Shown: piece after piece, positions 1-9,618 of the stretch
How positions within the stretch are numbered: position 1 is the stretch's first letter
Layout: every line of letters begins with the position of its first letter
Source of the DNA: an uncultured Bacilli bacterium
GTDB lineage: Bacteria > Bacillota_I > Bacilli_A > RF39 > UBA660
NCBI GenBank assembly: GCA_934098745.1
Contig: CAKOPG010000005.1
Location: 4,839-68,838, forward strand
Direction of reading: 5' to 3'
DNA length: 64,000 nucleotides
Notes under the pieces: model-generated
What the model saw: only the letters and a program-made list of their open reading frames with translations
Database searches by the model: none
Told to the model about the DNA's origin: nothing
Position numbers and translations under genes: made by a program

Positions 1-389
1 TATTTGAATTTGTCGGATACAACGTCAAATGGATTGACTTTGAAAATCAAGAAAGAGTTGCTGGTACCACCAAATGGTCATTCTGGAAACTATTTATGTA
101 TGCTATTGAAGGTATTGTAGCCTTCTCTACAGCTCCTTTAGCTATTGCTTCTGTTGCAGGATTTCTTTTCTGCTTAATATCATTTATCATGATTATCGTA
201 ATTATCATCAAAACTCTAATCTTTGGTGATCCAACATCCGGTTGGCCTAGCCTTGTATGTATCATTTTCTTTGTAAGTGGTGTCCAATTATTCTGCTTAG
301 GAATTATTGGTGAATACCTATCAAAAACATACCTAGAAACTAAAAAAAGACCAATATATATTATTAAAGAAACTAATGTGGAGAAATAA
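1..389 (+). CDS. Family-2 glycosyltransferase (GtrB/CsbB-like polyprenyl-phosphate sugar transferase), C-terminal part; 5' end lies outside the window
   Basis: The frame is open from the window edge (..FEFVGYNVKWIDFENQERVAGTTKWSFWKLFMYAIEGIVAFSTAPL..). It ends in two hydrophobic helices, as GtrB/CsbB proteins do, and is followed directly by YfhO-type and GtrA-type genes. Confidence 0.6.
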   Translation, partial: FEFVGYNVKWIDFENQERVAGTTKWSFWKLFMYAIEGIVAFSTAPLAIASVAGFLFCLISFIMIIVIIIKTLIFGDPTSGWPSLVCIIFFVSGVQLFCLGIIGEYLSKTYLETKKRPIYIIKETNVEK

Positions 390-391
390 AA

Positions 392-2884
392 ATGAAAAAA
401 TTACTAAAAAAGTATTCAGCTGAAATATTTATTACCTTAGCTGTTCTCTTAATAGTACTAATAAATACCCATTTTACCAATATGTTTGGTTCTAATACCG
501 ATTGGCTTAATCAACATACCATATATCCCGAATACTTTAGACAAACTTTCTATCAAACCGGAAAACTTATTCCTAACTTAGCCCTAAATTATGGTGCTGG
601 AGAAAACATCTTTAATTTCTCATACTATGGTTTATTAAGCCCTATCATTTTACCATCATATCTCTTACCATTTATCGATATGGTTACTTATATGACTATT
701 ACCAATATCCTTATAGTTATCTCTTCTGGTATTCTCTTTTACCATTTTCTAAGAAAACATAACTATAATTATCAAATATCATTAACCGTAGCTCTAATTC
801 TTACCTTAGCATGCCCTCTTATATTTCAAATGCATCGACATATCATGTTTGTAAATTATATGCCATTTTTAATAATGGGCTTCTTTGGTATTGATAATTA
901 TTACAATAACTCTAAAAGAACTCTCTTAATAATAAGTATCTTTTTAATGATTATGACAAGTTATTATTATAGTATATGTGGTATCTTAGTACTAGGTATA
1001 TATTACTTATACTTATATTTTAAAAATAATAATAAATTTATCCTAAAAAAATTTATAAAAGATATCTTTTTACTTGCTATTCCTATAATTATTGCTATTA
1101 TGTTAAGTGCTATTCTCCTCCTACCAACAATATATACTTTATTTAATGGCCGTGGAGAAAGTGAAACTACTTACTCATTAATAAAATTATTAACCCCTAA
1201 TCTTAAAATATATAAAATATTTTCAGGAACATATAATATTGGTACATCTATTATTGGTTTTATAGCCTTAATATATCTATTCTATAGCAATAAGCCACAT
1301 AATAAAATTATTGCGACAATTTCATCGATAATTCTCTTTATTCCACTATTTTGTTACTTATTAAATGGTGGTCTATACCTAAGAGAAAAATGCTTTATTC
1401 CATTCTTACCATTAATATGTTACTTTATAGCTATCTTTCTAAAAGATTTATATAATAATAAAATAAACTTATTACCATTCATAATACGTCTATCTATTAT
1501 CTCTATATTAATATATTATTATAATAAATTACAATACTTCTATATAATACTAATTATCTTTATTATTATTCTCTTTATTTGGCAAAAAAATAAAAAGTCA
1601 TGGTTAGTAAGTGGTTATCTAATACTTAGTGCCTTTGCCATTGCTATTGGCTCTGCTCTTGAAGAAGATATGACTAGTATTAAAAGATATAATGAAGTAT
1701 TTAATAAAAATATTGATACATCCATTAAAAATATTTTAAAAGAAGATTCTAGTTTCTATCGTAGTAATAATTTAGATTACCCAACAGTTACTGTTAATAA
1801 AATATATACTTCAAATTATTATACAACTAACCTATATTCATCTACCTATAATGGATATTACTTAGATTTTATTCGTAAACATTTTCAAGGAAGTACTATC
1901 GATTATAATTACTTCCTCGTATCAGCTAATAAAAATATTCTCTTCAATTCATTCATGGGAGTAAAATACTTATATTCAAGTAAAGATTTAGGCTTAGGTT
2001 ATACTAAAATTGCTGATAATATCTATCGTAACAACCTAGCTCTACCTATTATTTATGGTAACAGCATCCTAACAAGTAAAGATAACTATCGTAACTATTC
2101 ATACCCATATAACTTAGATTTCTTCTTACAAAGTACCATTATTGAAAATAAAAATATAAATAACCCTATAAATAATCTTATTAAAGAAGAAAATATCCCA
2201 TATACCATTATATCTAATAATGGCGTTGAAATAACTTCTGACAATAATACCCATACACTAAAAGTTAAAGATACCGGCTCTCTTACCATAAAGTTAAATA
2301 CCCCATTACATAATAAACTATTATTTATAGATTTATATGGGCTTACTGCTAACAGTTGCAAAATAGATAATATTACTATGACTATCAATGATGTAGGTAA
2401 TCTATTAACCTGTCGTACATGGACCTATAATAATAAAAATAATACTTTCCATTTCCTTATTAATGATCCATCTATTGATACTTTAAATATTGAATTAACA
2501 AAAGGTACCTACACTATTACCGATATTAAAACATATATATTAGATTATCAAGACTTAGCCAATATTTCTAACAATAAAACTGCTATGAAGATAACTAAAT
2601 ATAATAATGATATAATTACTGGTACTATTAACATGCCTGAAGATGGTTATTTAGTAACATCCATTCCTTATGATTCTGGATTCACTATAAACATTGATGG
2701 CTCTGAAGTACCTATTTCTAAAGTAAACATTGCCTTTCTAGGTACTAAAATATCCAAAGGATCTCATGAAATAACTATCACTTACCATTCACCATGGTTA
2801 AAAACCGGTATAATTATATCTATATTAGGATTATTATCATTTATAATAGTTATCATTAAAGATAACAAAAGGAGTACATTATGA
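392..2884 (+). CDS. YfhO-family polytopic membrane glycosyltransferase
   Basis: 830 aa. The N-terminal two thirds are multi-TM, followed by a large soluble domain and a terminal TM. The ATG lies 2 nt after the upstream stop. Context is GT2-YfhO-GtrA. Confidence 0.6.
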   Translation: MKKLLKKYSAEIFITLAVLLIVLINTHFTNMFGSNTDWLNQHTIYPEYFRQTFYQTGKLIPNLALNYGAGENIFNFSYYGLLSPIILPSYLLPFIDMVTYMTITNILIVISSGILFYHFLRKHNYNYQISLTVALILTLACPLIFQMHRHIMFVNYMPFLIMGFFGIDNYYNNSKRTLLIISIFLMIMTSYYYSICGILVLGIYYLYLYFKNNNKFILKKFIKDIFLLAIPIIIAIMLSAILLLPTIYTLFNGRGESETTYSLIKLLTPNLKIYKIFSGTYNIGTSIIGFIALIYLFYSNKPHNKIIATISSIILFIPLFCYLLNGGLYLREKCFIPFLPLICYFIAIFLKDLYNNKINLLPFIIRLSIISILIYYYNKLQYFYIILIIFIIILFIWQKNKKSWLVSGYLILSAFAIAIGSALEEDMTSIKRYNEVFNKNIDTSIKNILKEDSSFYRSNNLDYPTVTVNKIYTSNYYTTNLYSSTYNGYYLDFIRKHFQGSTIDYNYFLVSANKNILFNSFMGVKYLYSSKDLGLGYTKIADNIYRNNLALPIIYGNSILTSKDNYRNYSYPYNLDFFLQSTIIENKNINNPINNLIKEENIPYTIISNNGVEITSDNNTHTLKVKDTGSLTIKLNTPLHNKLLFIDLYGLTANSCKIDNITMTINDVGNLLTCRTWTYNNKNNTFHFLINDPSIDTLNIELTKGTYTITDIKTYILDYQDLANISNNKTAMKITKYNNDIITGTINMPEDGYLVTSIPYDSGFTINIDGSEVPISKVNIAFLGTKISKGSHEITITYHSPWLKTGIIISILGLLSFIIVIIKDNKRSTL

Positions 2885-3306
2885 AAACAATAAAACAATT
2901 ATATTTAAAGTATAAAGAACTAATTAATTATCTAATATTTGGTGTATTAACAACAGTTGTTAGTCTAGCTACATATTATGCCTTAGTCCTAACAATCTTA
3001 GATGCTAACGTTCCTTTAGAACTTCAACTAGCTAACATTATATCTTGGATTACTTGTGTAACATTTGCCTATATCACTAATAGAAAATATGTCTTTGCTC
3101 CCACTAACAAATCATTAATAAAAGAAATAATTGAATTTTATTCAGCTAGATTATTAGCACTATTTATTGATATGGGATTAATGTTCATCTTCGTCTCAAC
3201 TCTTCATTTTAATGATAAAATAATTAAATTAATAATCCAAGTAATAATTATTATTGTCAATTATATATTGAGTAAATTAATTGTCTTCAAAAAAGAAAAG
3301 AAATAA
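2881..3306 (+). CDS. GtrA-family small membrane protein (lipid-linked sugar translocation)
   Basis: 141 aa with four TM segments. The N-terminus LINYLIFGVLTTVVSLATYY and the ITNRKYVF motif are typical of GtrA/GtcA. It overlaps the YfhO stop by 4 nt. Confidence 0.7.
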   Translation: MKTIKQLYLKYKELINYLIFGVLTTVVSLATYYALVLTILDANVPLELQLANIISWITCVTFAYITNRKYVFAPTNKSLIKEIIEFYSARLLALFIDMGLMFIFVSTLHFNDKIIKLIIQVIIIIVNYILSKLIVFKKEKK

Positions 3307-3373
3307 CACCATCTATTTCTTTTTCTTGTCTATATAATAATTAAATGATATAATCTATACGGAGGTGTTACTT

Positions 3374-5095
3374 ATGAAAGAAAAACCATTCAAATTAATC
3401 TTTGAATACTTAAAAGAAGATAAACTCAAATTAATTATCTATTTATTCTTAGTTATCTGCTCCTATATTCCAGCTCTTGCTTCGACCTTTTTCTGGGGCT
3501 TTGCCATGGAGGGTTTAATAGATAATAACTTTAATACATTTGTTAAATATCTAATTATATGGGAATCTTCCTATATAATATTTTATTGTTTTTTAGCAGC
3601 TCCTAGAGATCTTTTATATAATTACTTAGAAATAAAATTCAACAAAAATGCCATTAAAGACATGTATCACAAAATAACAAATCTTCCTGCCATTGCCTTT
3701 GAAGATATCGGTGTTGGTGAATTTATTAACAGATTGACAACCGATCCCGATAGAGTTATGGAACTTCTTGCCAAACTAATCAAAATGTCTTGCCGTGCTT
3801 TCGTTGTTATTATAGTCATCATCATATCATTTAAAGTTAATATTATCCTGGGAATAGAAATTATTATCTTTGCTCTGGTAATGGGTTTAATTTCATACCA
3901 TTTCTTCCCTAAAATTAAAAATACCCAACAAACCCTAAAAAAACAAAGTGACAAAGAAATAAAAGAAGCTACTGAAAATCTAACTGGTATTAGAGAAATA
4001 AAATCATTAGGTATTAAAAATAATATTGAAAACAGAATGTTTAAAAATATTGATGATTATTTCAAAAGCAGTAAAAAAATTCGTAGTTATGAAGTTGTAT
4101 ATTATAGTCTTAACAACTTTGCCTACTTTGCTCTTCAATTCATTATTCTCTTAACTGCCGGATATCTTCTTGTAAAAGGCAAAATGGTTCTAAGTACCTT
4201 TATTGTAATTGAATCATATATTTGGCGTATTGATGATGTCGTAGAAAGTATTAGTGACTTTGGAGTTAGTTATAATAAAGTTATTGTCTCTCTAAAAAGA
4301 ATTAACGAAATACTTAAAAACAAATTATATCAAGATGAATCATTTGGCAATATTACTCTTAGTAACCCGAAAGGTTATATTACCTTTAATAACGTATCTT
4401 TTAAATATCGCTTAGATGAAGAAAATACTCTAAATAATCTAAATCTTACTATAGAACCACATAAAAAAGTAGCTATCGTTGGTAAAAGTGGTAATGGTAA
4501 ATCTACTATTTTTAATCTTCTATGTCGTTACTTTGATGCTACCTCTGGTAAAATTATGCTTGATAACATCAATATTCTAGATTTAACTGAAGAAAGTCTA
4601 AGAAATAATATCTCTATTATTAGACAATCCCCATTTCTTTTCAACCTATCTATTTTTGAAAACTTTAAACTAGTTAAAGATAATATAACTCTAGAAGAAA
4701 TAAGAGCAGTTTGCCAAAAAGCTTATATTGATGATTATATTATGAGTCTTCCCAATAAATATGATACTATTGTCGGTGAAGGTGGTGTTAATTTATCCGG
4801 AGGTCAAAAACAAAGAATTGCTATCGCCAGAACCCTTATTCTAAATACTAAAATTATTCTTTTTGATGAAGCGACATCTGCTTTAGACAATGAAAGCCAA
4901 AAATATATCAAAAAAACAATTGATACATTAGTTAAAGATCACACCATAATAATCGTCGCTCATAGACTATCTACCATTATTGATGCTGATATCATTCATA
5001 TTATTGACAAAGGACGCCTTGAAGCATCTGGTACTCACACATACCTACTAAAACATAGTAATACTTATAAATCATTATACGAAAAAGAGAAGTAA
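3374..5095 (+). CDS. ABC exporter, fused permease/ATPase (MsbA/type-I exporter-like)
   Basis: N-terminal multi-TM domain. Walker A GKSGNGKST, signature LSGGQKQR, Walker B ILFDEATSALD. I prefer the ATG at 3374 because GGAGG at 3361-3365 precedes it; the track ORF starts at 3365. Confidence 0.8.
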   Translation: MKEKPFKLIFEYLKEDKLKLIIYLFLVICSYIPALASTFFWGFAMEGLIDNNFNTFVKYLIIWESSYIIFYCFLAAPRDLLYNYLEIKFNKNAIKDMYHKITNLPAIAFEDIGVGEFINRLTTDPDRVMELLAKLIKMSCRAFVVIIVIIISFKVNIILGIEIIIFALVMGLISYHFFPKIKNTQQTLKKQSDKEIKEATENLTGIREIKSLGIKNNIENRMFKNIDDYFKSSKKIRSYEVVYYSLNNFAYFALQFIILLTAGYLLVKGKMVLSTFIVIESYIWRIDDVVESISDFGVSYNKVIVSLKRINEILKNKLYQDESFGNITLSNPKGYITFNNVSFKYRLDEENTLNNLNLTIEPHKKVAIVGKSGNGKSTIFNLLCRYFDATSGKIMLDNINILDLTEESLRNNISIIRQSPFLFNLSIFENFKLVKDNITLEEIRAVCQKAYIDDYIMSLPNKYDTIVGEGGVNLSGGQKQRIAIARTLILNTKIILFDEATSALDNESQKYIKKTIDTLVKDHTIIIVAHRLSTIIDADIIHIIDKGRLEASGTHTYLLKHSNTYKSLYEKEK

Positions 5096-5113
5096 CCTTT
5101 TACTTCTCTTTAA

Positions 5114-6766
5114 TTATATACATTTAGAATTATCCCTATTATAGTTACCTCCAAGATAATTAACATATTCTTGTATCTTAATCTCCGAGATATCTATCCA
5201 TTTCTTATTAGTAACATAAAAATCAAAATCACTATTACTTGTCATATATATTGGTTCATAAATAATATTTTTAACATTAAAAAGTTCATATGGAATACGA
5301 ATAACCGCATAATAATTAGTATTTGAATATATCTTCCCATCTAATTTATTATATATATTAGCCGTATCATAATCCTTAGAATATACCCTTATATAATTAT
5401 CATTAATACCATAATAACTTCTAAATTTATTATATAAAGATTTCTCAATAACTAAGTCATCTATTGATACCTGATTACCTACTAATATTTCAAAACCATG
5501 TTCCTGCGTATTTTCAGATCCATTATGATGATTACTATAAACTATTTTACTAACACTTCCATAGTATCCAATCGTTAATCCCCTTCTATCTAAATTATCT
5601 ATTGATTTATTACCTAACATCTCTCCATAAGTATCATCATATCTTACCATATATACTTTATACCCCATAGATTCATAACGACACTTTTCATATTTAGATA
5701 TCATTAAATTCAAATCTTTCTCTGCCAATAAACCATTAGATGTTCCAATATCACTTCCCCCATGACCCGGATCTATTACAAAATCATACTCATACTTAAA
5801 ATCTTCTACTTTAACACTTACATAATCATTATCATACATCAAAGTTACTAATTTATTTTCGATCTTTCCTCTAACTAATCTATTAAATACATTTAATTTA
5901 TTTAATAATCTTTCTTCTTGATTACTAACTATATAAATATCATATACGCCATTCTTTACCGTTGTAAAATCTATATTACCACTATAATAATTAGTATTAT
6001 CTAAAGTCATATTAAATAAATATACCTGTTTACTATCTCTATTCTTTAACTTAATCTTATAATTATTAGCATTATCACTAACATATCCCTCTAAATATAT
6101 TCCCTTACTATTAAATACATTTCTAGTAACAGTATTTGAATACTCCTTAACATTATAAGAATTAACATTAATAATACCACTTGTCTTATCGCCTAATGTA
6201 ATTGTAGGATTAACTACTTTAACTATTCTCTTTACTGAAGAAGAATTACCACTACTATCACTAACTGTATAAGTAATAGTATATTCCCCCTCATGTGAAG
6301 TATCAACATTACCATCTACTTTTACCCGATCAGTAATATCTTTATCATAATTATCTATTGCCCTATATCCATATTCATAGTAATTACCATTGACAAGTAT
6401 CTTAACCTCATTACCATCTACAAGGTCTATCTCTGGTTTGATCTTATCAATAACTATAACTTTTCTATATATATATTCACTATTTCCATTAATATTAACC
6501 AAATATTTTACCTGATACTCCCCTAATTTAGACATATCTACATTACTATTATCAATCTCTACCTGATCAGTAATATCTTTTCCCTGATATAAAACATTAA
6601 CCCCATATTCTTCATATTCAGTATTGACATCTACATATAAAGGACTAGGACCAATAAGCTTAAATTTAGCATTCGTATCATCTTCATACGAAAAAGAATA
6701 AGTCACACTAATTAAACTTACTACCATTAAAAGAATAAAAGTTGTTACATAGTAATATTTTCTCAT
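5114..6766 (-). CDS. N-acetylmuramoyl-L-alanine amidase (Amidase_3) with N-terminal Ig-like repeats
   Basis: N-terminal signal/anchor. Repeated Ig-like segments (GEYQVKYLV.., GEYTITYTVSDSSGN). C-terminal FVIDPGHGGSDIGTSNGLLAEKDLNL is the Amidase_3 core. Start is taken at MRKYYY; the track gives 6778. Confidence 0.7.
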   Translation of the reverse strand: MRKYYYVTTFILLMVVSLISVTYSFSYEDDTNAKFKLIGPSPLYVDVNTEYEEYGVNVLYQGKDITDQVEIDNSNVDMSKLGEYQVKYLVNINGNSEYIYRKVIVIDKIKPEIDLVDGNEVKILVNGNYYEYGYRAIDNYDKDITDRVKVDGNVDTSHEGEYTITYTVSDSSGNSSSVKRIVKVVNPTITLGDKTSGIINVNSYNVKEYSNTVTRNVFNSKGIYLEGYVSDNANNYKIKLKNRDSKQVYLFNMTLDNTNYYSGNIDFTTVKNGVYDIYIVSNQEERLLNKLNVFNRLVRGKIENKLVTLMYDNDYVSVKVEDFKYEYDFVIDPGHGGSDIGTSNGLLAEKDLNLMISKYEKCRYESMGYKVYMVRYDDTYGEMLGNKSIDNLDRRGLTIGYYGSVSKIVYSNHHNGSENTQEHGFEILVGNQVSIDDLVIEKSLYNKFRSYYGINDNYIRVYSKDYDTANIYNKLDGKIYSNTNYYAVIRIPYELFNVKNIIYEPIYMTSNSDFDFYVTNKKWIDISEIKIQEYVNYLGGNYNRDNSKCI

Positions 6767-6830
6767 TCTAAACACCAACTATTCTAATATAATTTTATCA
6801 TAATTTCAATTTCTAGTAAATATCTATAAT

Positions 6831-6859
6831 AAAAAGAAACTACTTTTCATCCAAAGTAG
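6831..6859 (-). terminator. Rho-independent terminator after the 281-aa gene
   Basis: Stem CTACTTT / AAAGTAG with a 6-nt loop, followed on the minus strand by TTTCTTTTT. Confidence 0.55.
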
Positions 6860-6868
6860 CTCCTTTTA

Positions 6869-7714
6869 TTATTTAAACATATCATATATTTCTAAAGACA
6901 TTATATCAGTAAATATTGAATTAACATCGACATCTTGATAATTATCTACTCCTACATTATTACCTTTATCCATCGTAATCTGTAACTTACTATATCTTTT
7001 AGTATCACTATTAATAGATATTATTATATTATCTTTAATAATAATATTAAAATTAACATTATCTTCATAAATAACACTATATTTTTTATAATCATTATAT
7101 GTATAATAAACTTCAAATTTCTTATCTTTATATCTTCCATTTAATATATAATTATCTTTTTTAATATCTGTATATTTTAAATCTAATACATTATTTTTAT
7201 ATTCTAAATAATTATCTCTAAACTCATAATAACTATCATCTACATACAATCTACTCATAATATATTTATTAAATATTTCCGAAGTATATATTTCAAATAC
7301 CTTACCATTACATTCATAGTTATATCTATTTACTCTTTTATCATTAGTATTTATACTAATTAATTCTTTATCACGAGATACATATTTACAACTATTTATA
7401 TCCTCTATATTAAATTCTTTATAATAACTCTTTACTATTCCTCTTTTATTGTCTAAGTATATTTCTATATTATCATTATTCTTATCAATCTTAAAATTAT
7501 AATCTTTTTCATATACCTGATTCATAGTATGCACCATATTAGAAGTATGTTCTGTCTTTAAAGTACCATTAAAATTAATATCCTTTATACCTACTTGATT
7601 ATATATATCTATTACATTTTTAATAGCTACCTTTTTATAATTATTAAAAATAAATATATATATAATTATCCCTATTATTAATAATCCTAAAATACCATAT
7701 AACCTATTTCTCAT
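6869..7714 (-). CDS. Hypothetical N-terminally anchored protein (281 aa)
   Basis: One N-terminal TM, N/Y/K-rich ectodomain, no motif recognised. Its start lies 1 nt from the upstream gene's stop, suggesting translational coupling. Confidence 0.5.
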   Translation of the reverse strand: MRNRLYGILGLLIIGIIIYIFIFNNYKKVAIKNVIDIYNQVGIKDINFNGTLKTEHTSNMVHTMNQVYEKDYNFKIDKNNDNIEIYLDNKRGIVKSYYKEFNIEDINSCKYVSRDKELISINTNDKRVNRYNYECNGKVFEIYTSEIFNKYIMSRLYVDDSYYEFRDNYLEYKNNVLDLKYTDIKKDNYILNGRYKDKKFEVYYTYNDYKKYSVIYEDNVNFNIIIKDNIIISINSDTKRYSKLQITMDKGNNVGVDNYQDVDVNSIFTDIMSLEIYDMFK

Positions 7715-7715
7715 A

Positions 7716-9611
7716 TCAATATACTACCTTCTTATACGTATCATAATAAATTCCATTTATAATTATATATAAAGCATATTCCCCATGTCCTAAATTAATA
7801 TTTATATTCTTTTCAACATCCTTTAACTCATCCTTGTAATTAATAATATAACTATTACTATTTTTACCTACCAACAATATATCTACCTTATCATACGTAT
7901 CAAACTTATAATCAGTATCTATAACATACTTTGTATAACTAATATTATTTTCATATTTCTTAGCACTATCTAATTTATCACTTATCTTTCTAGTATTAAT
8001 CTTTTCTACCTTAGATAAATCCATCGTATTATAGAAATTACTATCTACATAACTAAAATTACTCATCTTATCCATATATAAACCATGTTTAAATATTCTA
8101 TACTTTCCATCTTCTATCGTAGCTTCTAATAATATTTCATCCTTATCATTAACTTCAAATATTTTAGCATAAGTATTATCTGTATTTTTTTCACTCTCAC
8201 TAAGTGTAGCATCTGATCTATTCCTGTAGTCATCCTTTAAAACCCAGCCAAAATTCATTAATTTATTACCATCATAGATATTAAATGAACCGTATTGATG
8301 AGCAAAATATTTTTTATCACCATCAAAAGACCATACCAAACTAGCTTTTTTAGAATCTATTCTATATAATTCCATACTACTATAACTATCCTTATAAGAT
8401 ATAACATCATCAATTCCACCTACTTCAAAGCCATTATATCTATCATATCCATTATTTATAAATCCTATTAATCCATCTGATGTAACCATTACCGAATGAA
8501 TACCTAAAGGATATCGTCCACTTTCTAAAGTTACCATATATTCATCAAATTTATCACTATATATTCCCGGAGGAGCAAAAATATAATTTAATTTTTTAGT
8601 ATTATAATTAATACTAACTATTGAATTTAATCCTCTTAATGAAACTATTAATTCTCCTGTTTTCTCATTATAAGAAAAAGCATTTCTAATTATTTTGTAA
8701 CCAAGTCTATTATCATCAAATTCTGAATCTATATCTTTAAATATCTTATATAAATCTACATAACTAATAAACTTTCCAGTATTATCTATTTCATATATCA
8801 TTGCATGTTTATAAAATATGGGTTCTTCTCCTCCACATAACATATAATTACCATTTGAAAGAACTTGAAACTCAAAATCATAACCATTTCTTAAAACATA
8901 ATAATTATATATCTTACCTAAATAATCCATTTCTACAAAACCAATTTTTCTATCATTGACACTTCCTTCAGGAATACCTACTAAAAAATGTCCATTATCA
9001 AGCCATTCAAAATCCATTACATATTTTTCAGTTAAATACCATTTTAAATTGCCATTAATATCATATGCTGAAGCACTAGTTCCTACAGGACTAGTCATAA
9101 AATATAAATCATTATAATTACTAAAAACAGCTTTATCTATAACAAGATCATTAACATCTATAGCCTTATCTATCTCTATATCAATCTTCTTAACGTTACC
9201 TAAATCATCTGATAAAGTAATATAATTAACTCTTCCAGAATACATTCCATATACTGGAATTATATGCTTTGTATCTTCTTCCATTATAAAATTATATTCA
9301 TCATTAATACTTACCTTAATACTTGTATTATTAACACTACTAAATATTATTAAAGCTGTCATTGGTGATATTTTATAAGGATTTACTATAACTTTAGGAT
9401 TATCAATCGTATATTCTAAATCATTACTATATTTCTCTATTTCTTTATTAATTTTTTCCTGTTCTACTAAAACATTCCCTATAGCATAATTAACATCCAT
9501 CTCTTTATCGAAATACTTTTTACCATAATCCTTAAAAAATATCAACCATATAAGTATAATAAACAATATAATAATTAAAACTAAATATACTAATTTTTTT
9601 ATTTTCTTCAT
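7716..9611 (-). CDS. Arylsulfotransferase (ASST)-like beta-propeller protein, membrane anchored
   Basis: N-terminal TM, then ..DNPKVIVNPYKISPMTALIIFSS.., which resembles the ASST N-terminal domain. It is a paralog of the next gene. Start is taken at MKKIKK, preceded by AGGTGA; the track gives 9632. Confidence 0.5.
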   Translation of the reverse strand: MKKIKKLVYLVLIIILFIILIWLIFFKDYGKKYFDKEMDVNYAIGNVLVEQEKINKEIEKYSNDLEYTIDNPKVIVNPYKISPMTALIIFSSVNNTSIKVSINDEYNFIMEEDTKHIIPVYGMYSGRVNYITLSDDLGNVKKIDIEIDKAIDVNDLVIDKAVFSNYNDLYFMTSPVGTSASAYDINGNLKWYLTEKYVMDFEWLDNGHFLVGIPEGSVNDRKIGFVEMDYLGKIYNYYVLRNGYDFEFQVLSNGNYMLCGGEEPIFYKHAMIYEIDNTGKFISYVDLYKIFKDIDSEFDDNRLGYKIIRNAFSYNEKTGELIVSLRGLNSIVSINYNTKKLNYIFAPPGIYSDKFDEYMVTLESGRYPLGIHSVMVTSDGLIGFINNGYDRYNGFEVGGIDDVISYKDSYSSMELYRIDSKKASLVWSFDGDKKYFAHQYGSFNIYDGNKLMNFGWVLKDDYRNRSDATLSESEKNTDNTYAKIFEVNDKDEILLEATIEDGKYRIFKHGLYMDKMSNFSYVDSNFYNTMDLSKVEKINTRKISDKLDSAKKYENNISYTKYVIDTDYKFDTYDKVDILLVGKNSNSYIINYKDELKDVEKNININLGHGEYALYIIINGIYYDTYKKVVY

Positions 9612-9618
9612 CGCTTCA

